A stretch of 64,000 nucleotides of DNA. Origin: Allocoleopsis franciscana PCC 7113. GTDB taxonomy: Bacteria; Cyanobacteriota; Cyanobacteriia; Cyanobacteriales; Coleofasciculaceae. Under the pieces are notes generated by a model. It made no database searches and was not told the origin of the DNA. It saw only the letters and a program-made list of their open reading frames with translations. This document shows, in pieces, positions 47,266 through 57,839 of the stretch. Position numbers and translations under genes: made by a program. The first letter of the stretch is position 1. Every line of letters starts with the position of its first letter. Location: positions 1,681,623 through 1,745,622 of the forward strand of contig NC_019738.1 in NCBI RefSeq assembly GCF_000317515.1. The letters are read 5' to 3'.

Positions 47266-48963
47266 TTGTCGATCAAGGTAACCCTTGATCGATTAAATGT
47301 AGAGGGATCAGTTTGTTTTACTAACTTACAGGAGTTACTAAAAGTGAAGCCGGAATCCGACTTAGCCGTGGTGCCTGTTACCAGAAAATCCGAGGTCATT
47401 AAACGCCTACAAGAATTAGTGCCACCGGGTTTGCCGGAACCGCACGATCCTGAACTTCTTGCCAAACTCAAGACTTTAACTGTAGAACTGATCGAGGCTT
47501 ATAAGGCAGAAGGACAACTCGAAGACGATCCCTTTGCCGATGTCCGCGATCGCACCATTCACCTCTATACATCTGAAGTTAGCGAAAAACTGAAAGGAAA
47601 AATTGCGCTTGTAACCGGTGGAGAGGGATGCGTTGGCAGCGACTTAGTCAAAAAGCTGGTTGAACTCGGTGTCAAACATGTCATTTCTGTAGACAATGCC
47701 CGCTGCGGCTATTCATCAGAACCTAAACCCATCGCAGAGAAAAAGGAATCCGTCACCCACTATGCGGCTGATGTTCGCAACTATGATGCCCTCAACTCTA
47801 TATTCGATGCAGAAAGACCAGAACTTGTCTTTCACTTAGCCGCCCAACGTCAACCCGGATTAGCGGAAAAAAAAGTCAGAGAAACAATCTCGACGAGCTT
47901 ATTAGGAACAGAGAATATTATCAACCTCTGTGAAAAGTATGGCGTAGAGCAATGTGTATTCTCTTCCACAGGTAAAGCCTCTAGATACTTTACGGCTGAA
48001 GTGTACGCCGCTTCCAAGAAAATCGCGGAATGGCAATTTGCCCAAGCGGTGCAGCAGGGTAAAGTCACTTATTCAATGGTGCGCTTTACCCATACCCTAG
48101 ATAACAGCTTAGTCTCTTTTCAAATTGACGAGAAAATTAAAGTTGGGCCGGTCATTAATGTCCATGCGCCTCATCGCTATCTAACCGCCCAGAATTTGAG
48201 CGAAGCGCGTCATTTACTGCTGAATGCCTTAATTTTCTCTAAGCCTGACCAACTGAAATTCTTCACCGTCACTAATTTAGGTTGGCCTACAGAAACCCTA
48301 GAGATGATTCTCTACAAAATTGTCCAGTCTGGCAAGGGATGGCCTATTTACTTCCAAGGATTACAACCGGGCTATGAAGAGCCATTTTTCCTGGGTCAAT
48401 TTGACTACGGTAATCCCACAGACATCCATTTGTTGATTAACACTTTAGAAGACCCATACCGTAGCAAAGACCCTTCTGGAGATACCATTATTGCCGAACT
48501 GGCTCCCTTCTCCAATGAAATTCTAGACAAGCATCTGGCTGCCCTGAAAGCGCTAGTGAATGACCTAGATTTAACAGAAGAACAGCTAAAGCCATGTCTA
48601 GCAGAAGCAATTCGAGAAATTACCAGTTCTATTTGTGCCAAAGCCTCTCCCCAGGCACTTTTGAAAATTTTGAAGTGGGGGATCAACCCTAAACGGGTTA
48701 AAGCGGGAGAGATTGAGGTACCGAAACAGAAAGATATTTTAGCCTTACTTGCCAAAAACTTGTATGGAAGACTCTCCCTAGACGTTTTGAACACATCAAT
48801 TGTCAAGGCTGATGAGTTTGCCGAATTAGTTGAAATTTTGGCAACATTACCAGGTTTGGAAACAGAGGTTGCCTATATGCGGGCTGCCGCTAAAGAATGG
48901 AAAAATGTGGCTCAAAGTCAGGCGACAGAAAATGTCAAGCAAAAGGATTTGGTAACGCAATAA
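47266..48963 (+). CDS. CapD/WbpM-like polysaccharide biosynthesis protein (NAD-dependent epimerase/dehydratase) with extra N- and C-terminal regions
   Basis: KIALVTGGEGCVGSDLVKKL Rossmann motif, then HLAAQRQPGLAEKK, then ...YAASKKIAEW (YxxxK). About 100 aa before and 250 aa after the epimerase fold are unassigned. TTG start with no early ATG. Confidence 0.65.
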   Translation: MSIKVTLDRLNVEGSVCFTNLQELLKVKPESDLAVVPVTRKSEVIKRLQELVPPGLPEPHDPELLAKLKTLTVELIEAYKAEGQLEDDPFADVRDRTIHLYTSEVSEKLKGKIALVTGGEGCVGSDLVKKLVELGVKHVISVDNARCGYSSEPKPIAEKKESVTHYAADVRNYDALNSIFDAERPELVFHLAAQRQPGLAEKKVRETISTSLLGTENIINLCEKYGVEQCVFSSTGKASRYFTAEVYAASKKIAEWQFAQAVQQGKVTYSMVRFTHTLDNSLVSFQIDEKIKVGPVINVHAPHRYLTAQNLSEARHLLLNALIFSKPDQLKFFTVTNLGWPTETLEMILYKIVQSGKGWPIYFQGLQPGYEEPFFLGQFDYGNPTDIHLLINTLEDPYRSKDPSGDTIIAELAPFSNEILDKHLAALKALVNDLDLTEEQLKPCLAEAIREITSSICAKASPQALLKILKWGINPKRVKAGEIEVPKQKDILALLAKNLYGRLSLDVLNTSIVKADEFAELVEILATLPGLETEVAYMRAAAKEWKNVAQSQATENVKQKDLVTQ

Positions 48964-49061
48964 CCAAAAACTTCTAGTCAATTCAGATCTGGCACCCAGC
49001 TTTTTACCCCTCCCCAACCCTCTCCTCACTATAGCTCCGGTTATCAAGGGGAGGGGGTATT

Positions 49062-50726
49062 TTACTGCACCGACGCTTTAGAACTTTCGCTCACAGGCAA
49101 TCGGCTTTCAGGCTTTCCTGAAGACTGCAACAATAAACCATATTCAATTCCCTCCACCACCGCTTGATAGGACGCCTCCAGGATATTCGGGGAAACGCCT
49201 ACCGTCGTCCACCGCTTTTGACCATTACTCGATTCAATCAACACACGAGTCTTGGCAGACGTACCCGCACCACCATCCAAAATCCGTACTTTATAGTCGG
49301 TTAACTGAAACTGGGCAATTTCTGGATAAAAGTTCTGGAGGGCTTTGCGTAAGGCAGCATCCAGGGCGGAAACCGGGCCATTTCCCTCGGCGGCTTCTAG
49401 GATATCTTTGCCATTGACAGTAACTTTGATTGTGGCAAGAGCATTACTGTAATCACCGCTAATGCTTTGCAACATATCGCAATGTACCTGAAAACCCTTT
49501 AGTTCAAAAAACTGCTGCCGATATCCCAACGCTTCGCGCATGAGTAAGTCAAAACTAGCTTCTGCTGCCTCAAATTGATAGCCTTCACTTTCCAATCCTT
49601 TAAGGCGTTCTAAAATTTGACGACAGGCGGGGTCTTTTTTGTTGAGTTCATGACCGAAAGTCCGCGCTTTTGCCAAAACGTTACTCAGTCCGGACTGGTC
49701 AGAAATCACGATTCGGCGTTGGTTTCCAATCGTTTCAGGTTCGATATGTTCGTAAGTTAGGGGGTTTCGTTCCACTGCCGAGACATGGATGCCGCCTTTG
49801 TGAGCAAACGCCGAACGTCCTACAAAGGGCGCGTGGTCATCGGGAGCTAGATTCACGACTTCGCTAATCAGGCGACTGGCTTGGGTCAGTTTCGCGAGTT
49901 GCTCATCCTGGATACAACGGTAGCCTAGCTTGAGCTGCAAGTTGGGAATCAGAGAGCAAAGATTCGCATTGCCGCAGCGTTCGCCGTAACCGTTGATGGT
50001 TCCCTGCACCATGCGGACGCCCTCTAAAACACCCGCCAGAGCATTTGCGATCGCTGTATCTGAGTCATTATGAGTATGAATACCTAATAAAGGTTGCGGG
50101 TTTGAACTTTCAACCTTCAACGCTTCTCGAACCTCTCGAACAATTTGCCCAATTTCATGAGGCAGGGTGCCACCATTCGTGTCACACAACACGAGCCATT
50201 CTGCACCGGCCTGGAGTGCGGCATCAAGCGTCTGGAGGGCATAGTCAGGATTTTGCTTGTAGCCATCAAACCAGTGTTCAGCATCGTAAATTACCCGACG
50301 CCCTTGGCTCCGGAGATACTCAATCGAGTCTTTAATCATTGCCAAGTTCTCCTCCAGCGTCGTCTGTAGCCCTTCTGTAACGTGGAGATCCCACGATTTT
50401 CCAAAAAGAGTCACCCAGCGAGTGCCTGCTGCCAGAATCGCTTGCAGCATCGGGTCATCGGCGGCGGCAATATTAGGGCGTCGCGTTGAGCAAAAGGCTA
50501 CGACTTCCGCCTGAGTCAGGGGTTCTTCCTTGATTTGCCAGAAAAATTGCACGTCTTTCGGGTTTGCCCCCGGCCATCCACCCTCAATAAAGGGAATCCC
50601 CAACTGGTCAAGTTCTTTTGCAATTCGTAACTTGTCTTCTAAGGAAAGGGAAAGTCCTTCACGCTGGGAACCATCCCGTAACGTGGTGTCATAGATCCAG
50701 ATGGGGGTAGAGGCTTGCGAGTTCAT
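49062..50726 (-). CDS. cimA: citramalate synthase / 2-isopropylmalate synthase family (CimA-like)
   Basis: IYDTTLRDGSQREGLSLSLEDKLRIAKELDQLGIPFIEGGWP, HTHNDSDTAIANALAGVLEG, and a C-terminal LeuA-dimer regulatory domain. 554 aa. Confidence 0.8.
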   Translation of the reverse strand: MNSQASTPIWIYDTTLRDGSQREGLSLSLEDKLRIAKELDQLGIPFIEGGWPGANPKDVQFFWQIKEEPLTQAEVVAFCSTRRPNIAAADDPMLQAILAAGTRWVTLFGKSWDLHVTEGLQTTLEENLAMIKDSIEYLRSQGRRVIYDAEHWFDGYKQNPDYALQTLDAALQAGAEWLVLCDTNGGTLPHEIGQIVREVREALKVESSNPQPLLGIHTHNDSDTAIANALAGVLEGVRMVQGTINGYGERCGNANLCSLIPNLQLKLGYRCIQDEQLAKLTQASRLISEVVNLAPDDHAPFVGRSAFAHKGGIHVSAVERNPLTYEHIEPETIGNQRRIVISDQSGLSNVLAKARTFGHELNKKDPACRQILERLKGLESEGYQFEAAEASFDLLMREALGYRQQFFELKGFQVHCDMLQSISGDYSNALATIKVTVNGKDILEAAEGNGPVSALDAALRKALQNFYPEIAQFQLTDYKVRILDGGAGTSAKTRVLIESSNGQKRWTTVGVSPNILEASYQAVVEGIEYGLLLQSSGKPESRLPVSESSKASVQ

Positions 50727-50859
50727 AGACGGGGAGAATGGTTGAGGTAAACGTAAAGAAATGTAAAATAAAGTTAGGGAAGGGTTTACATAAAGCCAAA
50801 AAATCTCCGATTTTTGACGTAACCCAACCTTCTTTTACAACAAATCAGGTCAAGGATCG

Positions 50860-51198
50860 ATGCCTAAAGTAACAGCTCAAGGAAAGACTTTTGAATGTGA
50901 GCCGGGGAGCAATTTACGCCAAGTTTTACTGGAGCATGGAGTTGAACTGTATAACGGCAAGGCTAAGATCATCAACTGCATGGGCTTTGGTAGTTGTGGT
51001 ACCTGTGCCGTCACAGTCGAAGGGGACGTGTCCGAACCGAATTGGAAGGATAAGGCGAGGCGCTCACTGCCTCCTCATTCTCCCACAGCCAATCGCCGCT
51101 TAGCCTGTCAGACTAAGGTTTTGGGCGATGTTCGCGTTACGAAATATGACGGCTTTTGGGGGCAAGGCGATAAGACGACATGGACGCCACAAACTTAG
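50860..51198 (+). CDS. 2Fe-2S ferredoxin-like protein
   Basis: CMGFGSCGTC ... LACQ gives four Cys with ferredoxin-like spacing. 112 aa. Confidence 0.65.
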   Translation: MPKVTAQGKTFECEPGSNLRQVLLEHGVELYNGKAKIINCMGFGSCGTCAVTVEGDVSEPNWKDKARRSLPPHSPTANRRLACQTKVLGDVRVTKYDGFWGQGDKTTWTPQT

Positions 51199-51354
51199 CC
51201 ATTAGCCCTGCAAATAGGGGTTCAACTTGACCCTCATGAATGTTGAACCCCAAAAATTCTATCTCATCAGATTCAATTAGACATTTAGACGAGGACTACT
51301 GCTGTTTTGTGGAGAAATTCTTAAGGACTGAACTCAACGTTATGAAACGTTACC

Positions 51355-51642
51355 TTAAACACCAATAGTTGTAACTTTATTCAACGCAATCTTTTCGCGA
51401 TAGTGTGCGTCAAACCAGCAACGGGGTAAGGTTTCACCCGACGGGAAAATCAGTTCTGACTTCATGAAGGTTTCGGGGTCTTGCATTTCTTCTCCTGCTT
51501 GCAGCCTGCCAATAATCTCAGGGCGGCAGGGATTATAAAGCTCTTCCAATGTCAGCACTTCTACTAAGACACCACTCGGTCTGTGTTCAAGTAACATACA
51601 GCCTCCTGAGTCGTTAAATCCTAACAACTTAAGATGTAGCAT
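51355..51642 (-). CDS. hypothetical protein
   Basis: 95-aa ORF with reasonable codon usage between flanking genes. No motif recognised. Confidence 0.35.
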   Translation of the reverse strand: MLHLKLLGFNDSGGCMLLEHRPSGVLVEVLTLEELYNPCRPEIIGRLQAGEEMQDPETFMKSELIFPSGETLPRCWFDAHYREKIALNKVTTIGV

Positions 51643-51658
51643 AAGTAACTCATAAAAG

Positions 51659-52291
51659 ATGTCAAATACTGTTAAGTCAAGTCATAAAAAAACACAGTTT
51701 TTACCCATGCCATCTAACGTTGAAGCAGCATCGGATTTTGAACAGTCTTCCTGTTCTATTTTTTATATCTCTCCTTTAATTCGGATTACTTTAATATTGT
51801 TTTATTTCGCGCTAACTCTTCCTCTCCCGTTTTTGGCGCAGGTATCATCAACACCGATACCCCCTCTATTGTTGTGGGTGGGATTGGGTTTGGGTGCGAT
51901 CGCATTATATGGCGCGTTGAGTGAACGGGTCATTGTGGAGAAGGAAAAAATTCAGGTGGCCTATCCGGTTTGGGTACCTCGTTTTTTCCGCAAAGGTTGG
52001 TCATTACCTTGGCAGGATGTCAAAGATTTGAAGATGCGAACAACGGGACAAGGGGGAATAGTTTATTACTTTCTCAGCCAGTCCTCAGATAAGGCTTATT
52101 TATTGCCGATGCGGGTGGTTGGATTTGCTCGATTAGTCAAGTTAGTCGAAAAATTTACTGGGATTGATACAACCGATGTTCGTCCCTTATCACAGCCTTG
52201 GATGTATCTGATTTTGTTGGGATTTTCACTATTGCTGCTGCTGACGGATGTATGGGTAATATGGACGGCAGTCAATTTGGGGAAAATTTAA
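51659..52291 (+). CDS. hypothetical membrane protein
   Basis: At least three TM segments (IRITLILFYFALTLPLPFL, LLLWVGLGLGAIALYGAL, MYLILLGFSLLLLLTDVWVIW). No family recognised. Confidence 0.5.
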   Translation: MSNTVKSSHKKTQFLPMPSNVEAASDFEQSSCSIFYISPLIRITLILFYFALTLPLPFLAQVSSTPIPPLLLWVGLGLGAIALYGALSERVIVEKEKIQVAYPVWVPRFFRKGWSLPWQDVKDLKMRTTGQGGIVYYFLSQSSDKAYLLPMRVVGFARLVKLVEKFTGIDTTDVRPLSQPWMYLILLGFSLLLLLTDVWVIWTAVNLGKI

Positions 52292-52432
52292 CCGAGTAGA
52301 ACAACAGGATTGGATATCGGCGGCATTAATAGAAGTGCCAAAATGAAAAAAGCCCGTTACGAACCCCCAGAGTTAGGACTGACGCTGAGAGGTTTTTATG
52401 ATGGGTTATTCAGCGGACATCATACTAATACC

Positions 52433-53002
52433 ATGATCGCTTCCCCCCAACACCCCTACTTTACCGCCGACGAATACCTCCAACTGGAGGAAGAAAGCCC
52501 CGTCAAACACGAATACATCGACGGACAAATTTACGCGATGGCGGGAGCCAGCGACCCCCACGTTACCATTGCTGGAAACCTCTTTGCCCTCCTCCACAGT
52601 CACGTCCGAGGTTCTGGGTGCCGTGTCTACATCTCTGATATGAAAGCCCGAATTGAATCTCTCAATCGATTCTACTACCCCGATGTGATGGTCACTTGTG
52701 ACTCCCGCGACCAAGAAACCCCCACCTATAAGCGATTTCCCACTCTGATTGTTGAAGTTTTATCCGACTCCACCGAAGCCTTCGACCGAGGTGATAAGTT
52801 TGCCGACTACCAAGAACTCCATAGCCTGCGCGAGTACGTCTTAATTAACACCAAACGCCAGCGCGTTGAAGTCTTCCGTCGCAACGATGAGGGGCTTTGG
52901 GTGTTGCAGTCCTACACGCCGGAACAGACCTCATTTCGTCTTGACAGTATTGATTTTGAGGGAACCTTAGATGCGCTTTACGAAGACGTAGTGTTTGGAT
53001 AA
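52433..53002 (+). CDS. Uma2-family (DUF820) PD-(D/E)xK endonuclease-like protein
   Basis: HPYFTADEYLQLEEESPVKHEYIDGQIYAM...PTLIVEVLSDST...EL is the cyanobacterial Uma2 pattern. The ATG at 52433 is preferred over the upstream 52310. Confidence 0.7.
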   Translation: MIASPQHPYFTADEYLQLEEESPVKHEYIDGQIYAMAGASDPHVTIAGNLFALLHSHVRGSGCRVYISDMKARIESLNRFYYPDVMVTCDSRDQETPTYKRFPTLIVEVLSDSTEAFDRGDKFADYQELHSLREYVLINTKRQRVEVFRRNDEGLWVLQSYTPEQTSFRLDSIDFEGTLDALYEDVVFG

Positions 53003-53060
53003 CTTGGCAAAGTTAGGACTTACGCAAAGCTTCTATTTGTAGGGTGTGTTTAATCAGGAT

Positions 53061-54347
53061 TTATTGGATAGGTGTCTTAATAATGAGGTCGGTTGCTCTT
53101 GGTTGTGCTTGACTCAATCGAGAAGCCAGATAGAAGTCATTAACCTGTTTGGCAAGAGATTCAAGTTCCTGCTCCGGCAAGGATTCGCTCACAGGAAGGT
53201 AAAGAACCTGTTCGATCAGGCATTCTCCATTGAGGGGACTAAAAGCTGAGAGTGTGTCGTGCGATCGCAAATCCTTGATACAGGCTAAACTCGTATTTCC
53301 CCTGGTAGCATCAAACCCCTGTTTTCTGAGATTTGCCATCAGCAATTCTGGATTAGACACGAGTATAGGAACAACCCAAAACGAATGGTATTCAGCTTTG
53401 TGACCAGGGCAAAGTATCTCAGGCGCAAGCTGTGATAAAAAATTCCGCGCCTTCAACTCTCGCCGTTCAAACCATTGGGTGTTGCAATTTTTCAATCTTC
53501 GATTCAACAGAGATAACATCTGGTTTGGCGGACGATACCTAATTTTGGCAAGAATATCACCCTGCGTAAAACCACGTGTCAGAGAATTAATCACCCCATC
53601 CAGGTCGCAATCGAGTAACCTGAGAAAAGCTAGAAGCTGGGCATAAATTCCAGGAATTGAAAATAACTTCAACCCAAGATACTTCAGAACCCGTTTGAAG
53701 AACCAAAACTCACTCTTACAGGGATATTTCTCCTCCAGACTTTGCATTTTTTCAGCTAATGTTTTGTCGCGAATCAGAGTAACCGCTCCTCCCAGCGCCG
53801 TACAAGATTTGATGGGGCCAAAACTGAAAAAACTCACATCTGCCTCCTCATATCCGTAATATTTAGAGCCAGTAAACGCTTGGGCACAGTCTTCTACCAG
53901 CAGAAGGTTGTGTTTTTTACACAGTTGAGCGTAGGGTTCTAAATTAATAATGGAGCCAAATAAGTGAGCGACTAAAAACACGCGGCTTTTTTGGGAAATA
54001 AGACTTTCTAGTAACGGAAGGGAAGGAGTTAGTTTATCTAAAGAAATATCAACCGGAACCGGAACCAATCCATGCCGTTTCACCACTTCAACCATGTCCC
54101 GAATATTAACCGCACTCATTAAAACTTCCGACCCAGGTGGGAGGTTGAGTGACTGCAACATCAGAGCGAGAGATGTTCTAACCGAGAGAGTTACCAATAC
54201 TTCTTTGTCACTTTTCCCAAAGGATTGAATTTCTCGGATATTTTGTTCTCGATTTGAGACGGAAAGGAAAGATAACAAGCTTGCGGCGAGATCGCTGAAG
54301 CTAATATGGAGCTGTAGTCTGGGATAAACGTTTAGCCTTGGTAACAT
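53061..54347 (-). CDS. DegT/DnrJ/EryC1/StrS-like PLP-dependent aminotransferase family protein
   Basis: FSFGPIKSCTALGGAV resembles the FSFHxxK...GEGG Lys motif. Also LVEDCAQAF. 428 aa. Confidence 0.55.
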   Translation of the reverse strand: MLPRLNVYPRLQLHISFSDLAASLLSFLSVSNREQNIREIQSFGKSDKEVLVTLSVRTSLALMLQSLNLPPGSEVLMSAVNIRDMVEVVKRHGLVPVPVDISLDKLTPSLPLLESLISQKSRVFLVAHLFGSIINLEPYAQLCKKHNLLLVEDCAQAFTGSKYYGYEEADVSFFSFGPIKSCTALGGAVTLIRDKTLAEKMQSLEEKYPCKSEFWFFKRVLKYLGLKLFSIPGIYAQLLAFLRLLDCDLDGVINSLTRGFTQGDILAKIRYRPPNQMLSLLNRRLKNCNTQWFERRELKARNFLSQLAPEILCPGHKAEYHSFWVVPILVSNPELLMANLRKQGFDATRGNTSLACIKDLRSHDTLSAFSPLNGECLIEQVLYLPVSESLPEQELESLAKQVNDFYLASRLSQAQPRATDLIIKTPIQ

Positions 54348-54495
54348 ACTCTATCTCCGACCTAACTCTGTTGCGCTGTGTTAAAGCCTATCGTCAATCC
54401 GTCCAATCCAGACGAAGCTCTTAGTAGCAGGGAAACAGTTGTCAATTAATGGGTTAATAAATGTAACCTAACGTTAGGGTTGAGGACAGCTAATT

Positions 54496-55251
54496 TTGGC
54501 AACAACACAGATTCCCCAATTGCGTGTAGAGCAAGTCAGTCTTGTTACAGCATTGGGTGGTCAATATTTACTGAATAATATTTCGTTTGAGGTGGCTACG
54601 GGTTCGCGCATCTGTATTATCGGGCCATCGGGGGCTGGGAAAACTTCGCTGCTGCGACTCTTAAACCGCCTGAGTGAGTTCAGTAGTGGAGCAATTTATC
54701 TAGAAAACCAGGATATTCGGACAATTCCTGTCCTCCAGTTACGACGACAGGTGATGCTGGTTTCTCAAGAACACAAACTCCTCGGCATGACGGTTCAGCA
54801 GGCGTTAGTTTACCCTTTGAGGTTGCAACAACTACCTCAACGACAGATTCAGGAACGCCTAGACGCTTATCGGGACTTACTCCATATCCCGGTTGACTGG
54901 TTAGAGCGAACAGAGTTACAACTTTCTGTAGGACAACGGCAGCTCGTTGCGATCGCTCGTGCCTTAATCGTCCAGCCTAAAATTCTCCTCCTTGATGAGC
55001 CAACCTCTGCCCTCGATGCGGGTCTTGCCTCTCACGTTCTCGGTGTCTTAGCGGACTTGGCGGCTAAGGATAACCTGTCAATTTTGATGGTCAATCATCA
55101 GCTAGATATAGCTCAGTTTTTTTGTCGCCGACTGTTGTATTTACAGAATGGTCAACTGCTTCAAGACACCCCATCTGAGCAAATTGACTGGAAACAGTTA
55201 CGAGAAACTTTAGTGCAAGCGGAAGCTCAAGCGGCTCAAGAGTGGCTCTGA
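54496..55251 (+). CDS. ABC transporter ATP-binding protein
   Basis: Walker A GPSGAGKTSLL, signature LSVGQRQLVAIARAL, Walker B ILLLDEPTSALD. No permease gene is adjacent. Confidence 0.85.
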   Translation: MATTQIPQLRVEQVSLVTALGGQYLLNNISFEVATGSRICIIGPSGAGKTSLLRLLNRLSEFSSGAIYLENQDIRTIPVLQLRRQVMLVSQEHKLLGMTVQQALVYPLRLQQLPQRQIQERLDAYRDLLHIPVDWLERTELQLSVGQRQLVAIARALIVQPKILLLDEPTSALDAGLASHVLGVLADLAAKDNLSILMVNHQLDIAQFFCRRLLYLQNGQLLQDTPSEQIDWKQLRETLVQAEAQAAQEWL

Positions 55252-55264
55252 ACAACCGCCAGGA

Positions 55265-56041
55265 TTAAAACGCTCCCCTAGCTGCCACTCGCACAGGAGG
55301 ACGCCCATTATTATTGTGAGTCGTCAGTTGTTCTGGTGTTGGGGTTTGATTCCCTTGAAGCAGCGAAGGATTGAACCGATAGCCGATGTTGCGAACGGTT
55401 TGAATTACGCTGGGTTGTCGGGGATCGATTTCAATTTTTTTGCGTAAAGAGAGAACATGAGTATCGATCGTGCGTGGGTTGTCAATGGCATCAGGCCAAG
55501 CACGACGCAGGAGTTCGGAGCGAGTTAAGGGACTTCCTTCCGCCTGTGCTAGTACATAGAGCAAACTAAATTCCTGGGGTGTCAGATCAATCAATTCGTC
55601 CTTAAAGCGGACACGACGCTGCACTAAGTCGATTTTGAGGTCGCCGTAGTCTAAAGACATGGGGGCATTTGTCACGCGCACACGCCGAATTAATGCCTCA
55701 ACCCTTGCCATAAACTCTTGCATCCCAAAGGGCTTGCTCAGATAATCATCAGCCCCAGCTCTCAGACCTGTGACAATATCACCTTCTGTATTGCGGGCTG
55801 ACAGCATTAAAATCAGCGACTGTCGTTGCTGCTGTAGCCAACGGCAAAACTCGATCCCATCCCCATCGGGTAAGTCAGAGTCCAGAATCACGAGAGTGGG
55901 TTGACGGTTATAGAACGTCTCTCTCGCTTGATGAATGCTTGCAGATTGATGAACCCAATGACCAGCTTGCTGTAAGTGCCAGCCAAGTAGCGATCGCAAG
56001 TGGGGGTTTCCCTCGATAATTTGAATACAAACCGTTGCCAC
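55265..56041 (-). CDS. OmpR-family winged-helix response regulator
   Basis: A receiver domain (VILDSDLPDGDG, LSKPF) plus a Trans_reg_C domain (LTPQEFSLLYVLAQAEGSPLTRSELL...IDTHVLSLRKKI...VRNIGYRF). The N-terminal acidic pocket is atypical (IIEGN). Confidence 0.85.
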   Translation of the reverse strand: MATVCIQIIEGNPHLRSLLGWHLQQAGHWVHQSASIHQARETFYNRQPTLVILDSDLPDGDGIEFCRWLQQQRQSLILMLSARNTEGDIVTGLRAGADDYLSKPFGMQEFMARVEALIRRVRVTNAPMSLDYGDLKIDLVQRRVRFKDELIDLTPQEFSLLYVLAQAEGSPLTRSELLRRAWPDAIDNPRTIDTHVLSLRKKIEIDPRQPSVIQTVRNIGYRFNPSLLQGNQTPTPEQLTTHNNNGRPPVRVAARGAF

Positions 56042-56550
56042 AGCAACCTACTTCCTTCACGCGGTGCGTTTCAGGTTAACAGAGCTAATGTCAAGATTTT
56101 GTAACAAAGGCTACTTCACAAGGTTAAAGCTGGAAGGTTGAGTGTTGAAGTTCAAACCTGTAGAGAATCAGCAGTACAATAAAATTAATAAAGGTTAAAG
56201 TATCTTATCCCCCTGCGGGAACCGATGCCCTAGCCATCGATTTACAAACAAAGCTTCCGGATTGGCAACACAGTACCACTCGCAGGTTCTAACTTCGCCT
56301 GTAAAAGAACGACCTAACGATGTATTTACAACCAGACCTCATGATGAACCAATAACTACCTCTGTAGCGCTCCAGAACAATACGAAAGAGGTCTTATCTT
56401 ACTCAAGTTAGGAGCAACTACAGTCTACCTCAGGCAAAATAAGAAGTAGGAGGACAGTTGGCAGCTAGCTGTAGTTGTTAGTTATTAATTATTCGGATTG
56501 ACAGCTTGCCCCTCAAATCTTAAAATTCATAACTCAAAACTCTTTAGTCT

Positions 56551-56808
56551 ATGCTTCAAGATACTCGCACCATACGCTACTACCAGCAGCTTACTGACGC
56601 TCTGGTTTATATGTGGAACCGGGGTTACCGCTATGATGACCTGCGGCTCTATGTAGATGGATACGTCGATGCCCTTCGGCACACTAACGCCCTTGAAATT
56701 TATCTGATCCACCGCTTGGAGGAAGAAGCTATGCGTTATCTGCGCGATCCATCTAACTTTGAACCGACGGCGATGCCGATGCCGGAACCGGAATCTGACT
56801 ACTACTAA
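56551..56808 (+). CDS. conserved hypothetical protein
   Basis: 85 aa rich in Tyr/Arg (YYQQLTDALVYMWNRGYRYDDLRLYVDGYVDALRH). It looks like a real small protein but I cannot assign a family. Confidence 0.45.
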   Translation: MLQDTRTIRYYQQLTDALVYMWNRGYRYDDLRLYVDGYVDALRHTNALEIYLIHRLEEEAMRYLRDPSNFEPTAMPMPEPESDYY

Positions 56809-57131
56809 GTACCTGCACATTGGGGGGTATTTGTAAATAGACAGTTGGCTAATGTTCAACTGCCTATTTGCCTTTCGTCGTCAGATATTTAATCAGCCCA
56901 AAATATATTAACAGCTTATTAATATTTTTTTCACCATCGAGTCTTGAACAGCCAGTTTTGAGCCAACACTCATCCGGTGTTCAACAGAGCTTCACTTCCT
57001 AAAGCAAGTGGGTATTAGAGGTAACAAAGGATAAAAAAAGTCCGCTAAAGCGGACTTAAAAGCCTGATAGTAAATTTCCTGTGTAAGCCGAATAGCCACA
57101 AAGGAGTTTACCCTAAAATACACCTAGCTCT

Positions 57132-57455
57132 TTAGGAGGCTAAGGCCACTTCTACCAACTGCTGCAATTCACCTTGTTGATAAAGCTCAATCAGGACATC
57201 GGAGCCGCCGACAAACTCGCCATTGATATAGACTTGGGGAATCGTAGGCCAGTTGGAATATTCCTTGATGCCTTGGCGAATTTCGTAATCGTCCAACACG
57301 TCTACAGTTTCATAGGGTACGCCTAGCGTATTCAGAATCTGGACAACGTTATTGGAAAAACCACACTGAGGCATCAGTTTGTTGCCCTTCATGAAAACCA
57401 GAATCTTGTTCTGGCTCACTAAATTGTCAATCCGCTCTTTTACTTCTGGGTTCAT
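57132..57455 (-). CDS. grxD: monothiol glutaredoxin (Grx4/GrxD family)
   Basis: CGFS active site ([13 protein letters not shown]) and [18 protein letters not shown]. Confidence 0.9.
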   Translation of the reverse strand: MNPEVKERIDNLVSQNKILVFMKGNKLMPQCGFSNNVVQILNTLGVPYETVDVLDDYEIRQGIKEYSNWPTIPQVYINGEFVGGSDVLIELYQQGELQQLVEVALAS

Positions 57456-57537
57456 CGTTTTCGCAAATGCTCCTGCTATCTTGTATAGCCTTAGTTTAGA
57501 GACTGTAGAGAGAACTCAACTCTAGCATTCTCGTCGT

Positions 57538-57798
57538 TTAAACAACTTGACCTGTCGCTTTCCAGGCTTCCGGGGTGTAGGTTTTGAGGGCTAAGGCATG
57601 AATCGCTTCCGTATCCATCGCCTGACGCACAGCCCCATAAACTAGCTGGTGCTGTTTTACCAGAGACTTGCCTTCAAACTGGGATGAAACGACAATGGCT
57701 TGAAGATGATCACCGCCACCGGTTAAATCTTGCACCTGCACTTGAGCATCGGGTATCCCGGCCTTAATCAAAGCCTCAACTTGCTGTAGGCTAATCAT
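57538..57798 (-). CDS. BolA-family protein
   Basis: 86 aa with ...[17 protein letters not shown]...HQLVYGA... in the BolA pattern. It lies adjacent and co-oriented with grx. Confidence 0.85.
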   Translation of the reverse strand: MISLQQVEALIKAGIPDAQVQVQDLTGGGDHLQAIVVSSQFEGKSLVKQHQLVYGAVRQAMDTEAIHALALKTYTPEAWKATGQVV

Positions 57799-57839
57799 TG
57801 CAACTCCCGCTTCTGTTCAAACGTCTCACATATAATAAT

